A stretch of DNA of 64,000 nt from Ylistrum balloti (GCF_031769215.1 NW_026782112.1:310001-374000), one strand, 5' to 3'; positions 50,647 to 61,545 are shown, numbered from the stretch's first letter. A program made the numbers and translations. The notes: a model not told the origin generated them from the sequence alone.

Positions 50647-52203
50647 CTAATATCCCGACGTATTTGACATCATTCCTTGCACTGAAATAAACAAATGGAG
50701 ACAGAACCGTAACGAAATGCACATTACTATTATATTTAAGATCTGTTGATTAGAATTTGAAGATACACATATGAATAACAATACTACAAATTCTGCCTAA
50801 TACATTAGAGCTTAAAAACGAAGTAAACTGCATTGTACTTATGTTTTGTCCTTCTCGGACTAAATGGGAAGCGGGACATGATTTTTTTTAAAATGAATTC
50901 CTAATTTTCATAAATCTGACAAGTACATACAACGTATGTATATTCTGGACCGTGGCACTATTCGAATTAATTGAAATGTGGCATACAGGTTACGGCAAAC
51001 CACGGCAATTAAAAGACCACCAGTAGTATGTACCAACTGCAATCTCGAAGGAAGTAACAATATGTCAACATATTCATAATCCAATTCAATAAAAAATATG
51101 AATCTGGAAAAAGTACAAAGATAATAAGACCATGTGTTTCGGAAGAGTAAGCGCATTCTGCTACCTTGACAAATAAATATTGGTCAATACAATTTAGTAA
51201 TGTCACGTTCTCAAACGAGAGCAAGTTATAAAACAACGGAGCAAACAAGCAAACTAACGAGCATTAAGCACGTGCAGCTTTATATCGCACAAAGTAATAT
51301 AATTTCACTTAATGAAATCACGATGACGACTATAAAATATCCTATTTGATACATGCTAGTAACGAATACACAGGTTTCAGCAAGATAATGACTGCTTCAT
51401 TTCAAATTACTTTCCCATCCTTCTATGTTCGGTATTCTATATCGAGGACGATCGGCCGTCAGAACGATTCAATAGAAAACTGTTCTATTTCCTCATGCGC
51501 TATCTTGTTCGTTAGTATTCCGTTATTGTTTTCTATGTGTTCTGGACGGAGCGTTATATCACTGAATGGGATGGCAAATTACATGGGCCATCGTTGATGA
51601 AGATTTCATATTCTCTGTGTATTTTTTCAACTCTCCTGTGTTAATCTTTCCTTTCTTCATATTTTGTCTTATTTTTATTGAATTTGAATTACAATTTTGT
51701 TGTTTTTGGCTCTTTATCAATGACATCTGTTACCACGTCACAGTGCAAAGTATGAGTGTGTGAGATCATTTCATTACGTAACCCTTACATTGCAATAGAT
51801 AATATCAAACAAGTGTAACAATCCGAAATATTACATGGTTATATCAACTGATGAAAATAATATCTTAATATCTTATATCTCTATAATCTTAATATGTATT
51901 ATCAAAATTATCAATATTTAAATATTTTTGTTATCTTTGTGTTATTACAAATTTTCATCACTTTATCAAATAGTGTTATATAAACTTTGATGAACAATGA
52001 TACGTACTCATGCCCATCATGGCGTTGTTATTGTTGTTATTATTATTGGTTACAATAGTTGGGGCGGCAGCTTGTTGAGAAATGACGACTGATCGTTGAC
52101 ACTGATTCATGTCACAGTACATCCACATTAAAACCAGCAGTATGCCAGTGCCAATAAGCCCACCTGGTACGACAAGTGCCCAATACGTTGTCCAAGTGAA
52201 CAT
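50647..52203 (-). CDS. Paralogue C of the same family, short form (76 aa) lacking the PPxY tail; possibly truncated or pseudogenised
   Basis: Join of 52203-52008 and 50681-50647, phase-1 intron (A|gtacgt ... tttcag|TG). The second exon begins MQGMMSN, homologous to MMGMMSN of paralogue B, then reaches TAG at 50649-50647. Confidence 0.68.
50765..50862 (-). repeat. Hammerhead-bearing element truncated just before CTGACGA
   Basis: Minus strand GTCC GAGAA GGAC AAAA C ATAA GTA CAATGC; flank similar to the 7335-7400 flank. Confidence 0.62.
51060..51285 (-). repeat. Repeat family 2, copy 3
   Basis: Reverse complement gagctgcacgtgcttaatgctcgttagtttgcttg...gtgacattac...gcttactcttccgaaacacatggtcttatt. 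Confidence 0.7.
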
Positions 52204-52334
52204 GGTGAAATTATACCTGAAATTTGAAGTCAGTAACGCACACATAAAACCTAAGGGGATCATGAAAGTGAACTATTTTACAACACACAAGTCGACATTT
52301 AATTATACATATATAAACAGTAACAATGTACAAG

Positions 52335-52472
52335 AGACATACAAGTGAACAGTACCTTTCAATGCAAGAGATAGTAGGCACAGTAGAGCCAAATAACGAA
52401 TAGTACGGCTATTTGTCATTTTAGAACTCTCGGTGATGCTAAGAGCCTAAATTTGTAAAGCAAGGAGGCAAT
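52335..52472 (-). repeat. Hammerhead-bearing element, degenerate copy
   Basis: Shares acaagtgaa...tttcaatgc...acagtagagccaaa and gtgatgctaagag with the 15.9-kb copy; core decayed (CCGAGA GTTC TAAAA TGAC AAAT AGCC GTA). Confidence 0.65.
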
Positions 52473-53422
52473 ACATGTACCATAATCAAGATAAGGAGGT
52501 TCCCAGTTAGTTTCGTAATTTTCATTTTAAGATAATTTCACTACGAGGCAAGTACACGTGTTTATTCTGAACCGTTCAGTTATTTGAATAAATTGAAATG
52601 TAAAAGGAAGGTAACAGTGGCGCTCTGGGATTAATGGTGCAGCCAAAGTGTCTGAGCTATGTTAAAGATACAACTTAGTAACGATAATTGACTTTTTAAA
52701 ATATATATATACAAATGTGACTACATGACATCAGTTGACTTAGTATGATAGTTACATAAATGTCATAATGGTAATCGAAATTCATTTTTTTCTCCTTGGT
52801 ATCATGTCGGGTCGAGTCACATCAACATACTTTACTCGTGATATTTTGTGTTTTCTTTTTGTTTTTGTTTGTTTGTTTGTTTTTTGTTGTTGTTTTTTTT
52901 ATCAGTTTCTTACTGGTATACCACGACCCTTCTTTTAAGTGAATCTATTTGTCATTAATCAATTTGTGACGTTACTAACTATTTGTAAACATCGACTGTC
53001 TAAATGTCCCCAAAATGCACAGTTTACTATTCTGTATATGAAGTTAGTATCAATACATGCTTTTAGAAGACAAATATCAACATTGTCATAATGTTGTCAT
53101 TCTAAAATAATATGTAAGTCATTGTTATAATGTTAAAACGAGAGCTAATTAAGATAATATAAGTTTATTTGATCGGTGATTGTAAAATGTAAAATTTCCG
53201 AAATTATGAAAGAAAGAAAAAAAGAGGAAAATAATTCAATAACCTGGATATGTTTTTATATATTATCTACATTACAACCATTTAATAGTCAGGGCTGCTA
53301 TTGAATACATGGAAAATCATACAACATAATAAACACAATAAAAATCCTAATCACTTATATTGAGAATAAATGCTAGGTAACCATATTCTAAAGAAAAAAT
53401 AATGTGACAAGATAATACTTAC

Positions 53423-53540
53423 ACCAGAGATATTGAAGTAAATCCCGACGTTCACGATCAGTTAAATGGTATATTGTTTGTGCCGGACAAAAGTACAACA
53501 TAACAGGATACACACACTATTAAGCCAGCGATTTATACTA
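53423..53540 (-). promoter_or_regulatory. Putative non-coding first exon and TATA box of paralogue C
   Basis: Donor ctctggt|gtaagtatt at 53422; TATAAAT on the minus strand at ~53532-53538; acceptor 13 nt before the ATG at 52203. Confidence 0.4.
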
Positions 53541-53689
53541 AGAACCATCAGCCTCTTACACAGGATCATATCCATAATACATTAATACCAATGAAAATTC
53601 CGCTAGGGGTTACAAAGTGATAAAAATTAAGTTTATTGGTCGCGAAAGTGATCTAAATTAGAAATATTCTTTTTCTTTGTACGAAATGG

Positions 53690-53900
53690 AGCTGGGCGTG
53701 CTTCATGCTCGTTAGTTTGCTTGTTGGTGCCGTTATTTTACCTTGTTCTCATTTTAAAATGTGACATTACTTACTTGGATTGATCAAGGTTAAGGTGGCT
53801 GATGTCGTCGATGAAGCAGAAGATGCTTTCTCTTCCGGAACACCTGGTCTTATTCTCCTCGCACTTTTTCGGGAGCCTTCTGTAAATACTTTTGCTCATA
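53690..53900 (+). repeat. Repeat family 2, copy 4
   Basis: gagctgggcgtgcttcatgctcgttagtttgcttg...gtgacattacttacttggattgatcaagg...gatgctttctcttccggaacacctggtc. Confidence 0.7.
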
Positions 53901-54457
53901 TTTTGCCGTAGTTTAATGAACTTTGGGAATTTGTGTTGGATTATTGATTACGTTGACATGTTGATTTATCTTGATGTTTCCCGTGGACAATAATAAACAG
54001 GTATCATTCTTATATCATTTTATCGGCAATATCATAAAAAAACTATGTAAGACAACAATGAATATAACAATTTGTGTAACGTTCAAATGCTTGACCAATT
54101 GTTGCTTCTCACTGGCGAGAGATAACGATGGTGCTATGCTTTTCTTTGTACTCTGATTCACTTCGCTGTATGTATATAACATAAAAGATGAAGTAATGTA
54201 CATCCACCTAACATCATTTTCCATTCCTCATGTCCTCGGTATTTTCACACCTACAATAAAATATTGCTCTGGTCAGTTTTTTCAGCTTTTTTCTTATGAG
54301 TGATCGCAATACAAATTGTACTATAAACGAATTCATTTGCAAAGATATGTGTTAAGTGCTTAGGGTAAAAGAGATATAGTCGGAGTCAGAATTATATGGT
54401 AATTTTAAGAGATATATGGTTAGTGTATCAGCTATATTGTTTGTGTATGAGTTATTT

Positions 54458-56847
54458 GATCAGTGTAATGAGTAGATGTAGTTAGTGTCAGAGGTAGATG
54501 CGGTCAGTGTAATAGGTAGATGTGGTAAGTGTAAGAGGTAGATGTGGTCAATGTAAGAGGTAGATGCGGTCAATGTAAGAGGTAGATGTAGTCAGTGTAA
54601 TAGGTAGATATGGTCAGTGTAAGAGGTAGATGTGGTCAGTGTAAGGAGTAGATATGGTCAGTGTAAGAGGTAGATGTGGTCAGTGTAAGAGGTAGATATG
54701 GTCAGTGTAAGAGGTAGATATGGTCAGTGTAAGATGTAGATGTGGTCAGTGTAAGAGGTAGATGTGTTCAGTGTAAGGAGTAGATATGGTCAGTGTAAGA
54801 TGTAGATGTGGTCAGTGTAAGAGGTAGAGGTGTTCAGTGTAAGGAGTAGATATGGTCAGTGTAAGAGGTAGATGTGGTGATTGTAAGAGGTAGATATGGT
54901 CAGTGTAAGAGGTTGATGCGGTCAGTGTAAGAGGTAGATGTGTTGAGTATAAGAGGTAGATATGGTCAGTGTAAGAAGTAGATGTTGTCAGTGTAAGAGG
55001 TAGATGTGTTCAGTGTAAGAGATAGATGTGTTGAGTATAAGAGGTAGATATGGTCAGTGTAAGAAGTAGATGTGGTCAGTGTAAGGAGTAGATGTGGTCA
55101 GTGTAAGAGGTAGATATGGTCAGTGTAAGAGGTAGATGTGGTCAGTGTAAGAGGTTGATGCGGTCAGTGTAAGAGGTAGATATGGTGAGTGTTAAAAATA
55201 GATGCGGTCAGTGTAATTGGTAGATGCAGTCAGTGTAAGAGTTTGATGCGGTCAAGGTAAGAGTTAGATTTTGTCAGTGTAAGGGGTAGATGTTGTCAGT
55301 GTAAGATGTAGATGTGGTCAGTGTAAGAGGTTGATGCGGTCAGTGTAAGAGGTAGATGTGTTCAGTGTAAGAGGTAGATGTGTTCATTGTAAGAGGTAGA
55401 TGTGGTCAGTGTAAGTGGTCGATATGGTCAGTGTAAGAGGTAGATGTGTTCAGTGTAAGAGATAGATGTGGTCAGTGTAAGAGGTTGATGCGGTCAGTGT
55501 AAGAGGTAGATATGGTCAGTGTAAGAGGTAGATGTGGTGATTGTAAGAGGTAGATATGGTCAGTGTAAGAGGTTGATGCGGTCAGTGTAAGAGGTAGATG
55601 TGTTGAGTATAAGAGGTAGATATGGTCAGTGTAAGAAGTAGATGTTGTCAGTGTAAGAGGTAGATGTGTTCAGTGTAAGAGATAGATGTGTTGAGTATAA
55701 GAGGTAGATATGGTCAGTGTAAGAAGTAGATGTGGTCAGTGTAAGGAGTAGATGTGGTCAGTGTAAGAGGTAGATATGGTCAGTGTAAGAGGTAGATGTG
55801 GTCAGTGTAAGAGGTTGATGCGGTCAGTGTAAGAGGTAGATATGGTGAGTGTTAAAAATAGATGCGGTCAGTGTAATTGGTAGATGCAGTCAGTGTAAGA
55901 GTTTGATGCGGTCAAGGTAAGAGTTAGATTTTGTCAGTGTAAGGGGTAGATGTTGTCAGTGTAAGATGTAGATGTGGTCAGTGTAAGAGGTTGATGCGGT
56001 CAGTGTAAGAGGTAGATGTGTTCAGTGTAAGAGGTAGATGTGTTCATTGTAAGAGGTAGATGTGGTCAGTGTAAGTGGTCGATATGGTCAGTGTAAGAGG
56101 TAGATGTGTTCAGTGTAAGAGATAGATGTGGTCAGTGTAAGAGGTTGATGCGGTCAGTGTAAGAGGTAGATGCGATCAGTGTAAGAGGTAGATGTTGTGA
56201 GTATAAGAGGTTGATGCGGTCAGTGTAAGAGGTAGATGTGTTCAGTGTAAGAGGTAGATGTGTTCATTGTAAGAGGTAGATGTGGTCAGTGTAAGTGGTC
56301 GATATGGTCAGTGTAAGAGGTAGATGTGTTCAGTGTAAGAGATAGATGTGGTCAGTGTAAGGAGTAGATGTGGTGATTGTAAGAGGAAGATATGGTCAGT
56401 GTAAGAGGTAGATGCGGTAAGTGTAAGAGGTAGATGTGGCAAGTGTAAGAGGTTGATGCGGTCAGTGTAAGAGGTAGATGCAGTCAGTGTAAGAGTTTGA
56501 TGCGGTCAAGGTAAGAGATAGATTTTGTCAGTGTAAGGGGTAGATGTTGTCAGTGTAAGATGTAGATGTGGTCAGTGTAAGAGGTTGATGCGGTCAGTGT
56601 AAGAGTTTGATGCGGTCAAGGTAAGAGATAGATTTTGTCAGTGTAAGGGGTAGGTGTTGTCAGTGTAAGGGGTAGATGTGGTCAGCGTAAGTGGTAGATG
56701 TGGTTAGTGTAAGTGGTAGATATGGTCAGTCTAAGAGGTTGATGTGGTGAGCGTAAAAAGTAGATGCGGTCAGTGTAAGGAGTAGATGTGGTCAGTGTAA
56801 GAGGTAGATGTGGTCAGTGTAAGATGTAGATGTGGTCAGTGTAAGAG
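54458..56847. repeat. 22-bp minisatellite (GTAGATGTGGTCAGTGTAAGAG), ~108 units, with a 660-bp higher-order repeat
   Basis: Variant blocks recur at 54877/55537 and 55191/55851. Confidence 0.96.
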
Positions 56848-57017
56848 TTCTCTTGTTTATGTTATAGTTTTATCAATATTATAATAGAGCTGATAGTTTG
56901 TTGTTTGAATGAAAGTGAAACGGTGAGACAAAAAGTTATATAGTTGGCATGTCAATTGCATTAATAGAAAAAAATAGAATTATGTTGTGGCTGTTTAGAA
57001 TTAGAGAAATATGGTAT

Positions 57018-57566
57018 AGAGTTTCATGACTAGGATGACCGGTGAATGGTTAGAATGAGTATTACATAGTTAGAACCCTAACCGTAGGTGTGGGAATGCA
57101 CTTATGTGGTTAAGAGTTACATGACTAGGATGACCGGTGAATGGTTAGAATGAGTATTACATAGTTAGAACCCTAACCGTAGGTGTGGGAATGCACTTAT
57201 GTGGTTAAGAGTTACATGACTAGGATGACCGGTGAATGGTTAGAATGAGTATTACATAGTTAGAATCCTAACCGTAGGTGTTGGATTGCACTAATGTGGT
57301 TAAGAGTTACATGGTAAGGATGACTGGTGAATGGTTAGAATGAGTATTACATAGTTAGAATCCTAACCGTAGGTGTGGGAATGCACTTATGTGGTTAAGA
57401 GTTACATGACTAGGATGACCGGTGAATGGTTAGAATGAGTATTACATAGTTAGAATCCTAACCGTAGGTGTTGGATTGCACTAATGTGGTTAAGAGTTAC
57501 ATGGTAAGGATGACTGGTGAATGGTTAGAATGAGTATTACATAGTTAGAATCCTAACCGTAGGTGT
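57018..57566. repeat. 95-bp tandem repeat, ~5.8 copies
   Basis: catgactagg at 57025, 57120 and 57215. Confidence 0.95.
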
Positions 57567-58769
57567 ACTGTTGTGGTACAGAGTTATATAGTTTGTCTGA
57601 ACGTACTATTTAATAGAGACGTCTATGGTTCTACACAAACAGGATTTACAATTCTTTTTCTAAGTAAAGAATTTTGTTACTGACAGATAAATACACTACA
57701 TATATACAGATACCATGGTTTACAACCAGCGGAAATACTTTAGGTGTAATCTGATTGTGTGTCTTTGTGTGTCAGGTTAGATAATACAGGGTTACTATAA
57801 CACCAATGCATATGTAACATACATACTAATTTAATTGTTAAAAAAAAAAGAAAAAAGAGGTAAAAGAATGTTTACCGATTATTGCGATACACGATCATGT
57901 ACAAAATTAACAATGACAAAATTTAACAGTAGTCTAATTAAAACAGAGCTATTAAACCCGACAGTTTAACGAGTTGAATCAAGTCCTAGATTACATTCTG
58001 AGTGAAATGGAATCAACCATCATTTTAAAAAGTCAATTTTTTAACTGAACGAAAAGATATGTTATGGGGACATGATGGAGCAGTGATGTTCAAAAAGTCT
58101 ACCAATATTAAGATCAACAGAAAAACTCCATCAAACATGTTTACATGGCCGGCGCATAAAGGGTATTTAAGAAAATAACCAATATCGGTCGGAAACAAAA
58201 ATACTCAAAATCAACACTCCTTTAAGATGTCCTGATTATGTATAGCATAGGTTAAGATCGGCTGCTGATGAAAAAGGGATCACACATTTATTGGGTTTAG
58301 TTTATTTGATGTTTGGGGGTGGTATAAATATGTTCATTTACAGTCAGTAGGATGTATGATGTCAATAGTTAAAAGTTGTGCTATCCAATTTTTCCTTTTG
58401 GTTTGATAAATGCGTACAAAGATCCTAATATACGACCAGCTATGTCAATAAATGAATTCAATCTATAAAATCAAAAGTTTCACACATACTTTTCGTCATG
58501 TTTCATCTTACGTGCATAAATATCGTGCGTAGTTAGAAAAAAAGAATAACTGATTATCACTCATTAAATTGAAATTGCATATAATTCGTTGTCAGGCAAC
58601 AGGATGTCAAACATTGGTTTGATGTAATGTTGATGAATGGTGATTTGCTCCTCGCTAAATTTTGCGCACAGTAATTGAAAAATAAGAAAATAACAATCTG
58701 TGAAAATAATCATGTTACATACTCAAATGTAATAAAACTAGGTCAAACAGTGAACAGAAGGAAACTTTA

Positions 58770-58900
58770 CGTAGAGTAAACGTCTCTTGCTTCAGTGACA
58801 TCACTTGCCATGTAGACCTTGGTCGATCCAAGTAAGTAATGTCACTTTCTTGTGTGAATAGATCCACAACAACGAAACCGATAAACAAACTAAGGAACAT
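58770..58900 (-). repeat. Repeat family 2, copy 5
   Basis: Plus strand agagtaaacgtc...ccttggtcgatccaagtaagtaatgtcac...aaacaaactaa. Confidence 0.65.
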
Positions 58901-59499
58901 CAAACATCTTCATATCGTACAAAATCAAAATCTCAACGAGATCACTAAAACGACCGTGAAACTTCCCCATAATTTTCACAATTCTGTGTCCTTTGAAATC
59001 ACGTGTTATTAATTAGTCATAAACATCGTGATTTTTAGAATCTAATAATGAATGACTATATGGCTCTTTCTTTTTTTTTTTCTTTCATTCGCTTTCATAG
59101 TTAACTAATCTGGTGAAAAAAAATTAAGAATATAACACATCTGGAAGGTCAAAATGACCTGATTGTTAACTTACTTTAATTGCTGCTGTAAAATAATAGT
59201 ATCAAGCTAAAATAATTCAATAAATACATACGAGTGCTCTCCCTTCCCCTGTATACCGGAATTGTGATCATGCTAATCTCTGTTAGAGTTCAGAAATTAA
59301 TGATGCAGTACCACGATATACATGTGCATAAGCAAGAACTCGTTGTTTTCCTTCTTACACAGTTTTTTCTTTCCAGTTTTTTCATGAAAAATTAACGAGA
59401 TATACAGTTGGGCAGTATTCGCTGCAAGAACACATCTAGAAAACACCAGCATGACCCAAAATCATATTTCAAACTCAAATGCCATAAAACTAGAGCGAA

Positions 59500-59690
59500 A
59501 CATGAACAAAAGAAAGATTTGCATGGAGATTCCTGAAAACGTACAAGGATAATGAGACCAAATGTTTCAGAAGAGTAAGCGTCTTCCGCTACATCGGCAA
59601 AACCCACCATATAAACCTTGATCAATCCAAGTAAGTAATGTCAAGTTTTCAGATTAGAGCAAGGCACAAAACTAAATTAGCATTGAAGAC
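59500..59690 (-). repeat. Repeat family 2, copy 6
   Basis: Plus strand gagaccaaatgtttcagaagagtaagcgtc...ccttgatcaatccaagtaagtaatgtca. Confidence 0.7.
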
Positions 59691-61444
59691 TATCAATTTC
59701 CAGAATAATCTATACATTTCTCTTTTTGTTGTGAGGTAGTCTTTAAGAAGTTTGACATTTAGAGTATCGTAAGAATGCATGGTGGTTCCATTTTCTCTGT
59801 TCTCATTAGGTTAGAACATTACTGAAAAAAAAGAATCTATCCAATTATGGAATAAGTGCACGCGACAGTCTATTTTTAATTTGATTTCTCATGTCACCTC
59901 TAAGGTTTCAATACCTTTGAGTCTGAGGAGTTATATAAGGACGAAGCATTTGTATAGTGCTGGATTTTAATTCATTATCTATACCGAAATGTGATATTCA
60001 TCAGCGTGTCTTTCATACAGATTTACGTATACTGTTAACGGAAATATGATAAAAAGTCTGCACGGTCGTGACCTGGGTGGATAGAATGAAGGGGTCAGTG
60101 TACTGTAACATACGGAATTAAAGTACGATCACGTTTTCCGTACAAGTCAGATACTAACACACAAACTGACAATACACGGTTAGGAAAGATTCAATGCTGG
60201 GGAACTTCATGTTTCAATTGGCTTTGTGCTTTGTATGGAAATCGTGTTTTGGTAGCATACGATACATATACAACGTCTTTGTAAATAGTAAAATAACGTC
60301 CGTTCATTCCTGAATGTTAATAAATGCCATGGTAATACTAAAAGTAATGTTTAAAACACCTACAGCAGTGTGTGTTTCCAGAAGTAGCTAAGAAAACTGT
60401 GAATCTATTGTAATTTAAATTCGTTTATATTCGCCACAGAATTCTGTGAAAAACCAATAATAGCATATTAATCATTGAACTCCTGACATAAATGATTCGA
60501 TTTGGTTGTATATCATCATAGAACTTAGCACCAAACTCGTATCCGGGTGTCGAAAGGTAATCTACAGTCATAAAAAGCAATCATACAATCCACACGTGTT
60601 TCCAGAAATCTTCCATTTACAAATTTGATAAATACAAAACTTGTGTATAATATGTATTTTCCGATATTACAATACAATATTATCAAATTAAACTGATTTT
60701 CACCAAAATTTCCGATGATAATAACAATAATACAACGCATAATTCATATGATTCTCGAATCCCAACATTGTGAACGTTTCTTTTAGTTGTCGACATCTTG
60801 TCCGAAACTCGTGATGCTAGGAAGAATATCTGGAATATCGAACCAACTGCTACATGAAAATAGAAATACTAATTATACAGCATTGTTCCTGGTCGATTCG
60901 TTACAGACGATCGGGGAAAACCGTTGATTTAGACTTATCTGTATTATCCTTATTTTCAATTACGGTGGGTTTATTCTATTGACATGTTCAATAAATGTAT
61001 TGTTATTTGATACATTATCTCTGAGTGAAGGATTTAGCACGGTCTTTGTGGGCGGTTTGATGATACGTTGCTCGTTTGTAATGTAGCATGATGCAGAAAT
61101 GTCATGTAGGATTACCTATCAAATACTGTTATAAATTGCGGTTTTATCTGATAGTATTTCATTGAGAATTGTGTTACTCTTTTCATCTGCTTCCATTAAG
61201 GTTTCAGTCGCCTTTTAAGTTCCAACATTATGGCTCACTGTCGAAAACCTGGAAATGACGAAAAGTATATTGTATAGGAAGGAATGGTGTCTTTTTTACG
61301 TCTGCACACTCATAATCAGGTTTATTTACTACAAGGCCAGTGCACCTTCATTTAAATATCTCTGTAATCAAAACGGATATTAAAACATTATATTTCGTAT
61401 ATAAGAATTAAACGCATAACCTTTTTCAACCGTCTGATATTAAA

Positions 61445-61545
61445 CACAACATCGGGTGTCGTCGATGAAACAGAGGACGTTAACTCTTCCAGAACACCTG
61501 GTCTGATTTTCCTTTTTCAGGGGTCTCCGTGCAAACCTTGTTTTT
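61445..61545 (+). repeat. Repeat family 2, copy 7 (partial)
   Basis: gggtgtcgtcgatgaaacagaggacgttaactcttccagaacacctggtc. Confidence 0.65.
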
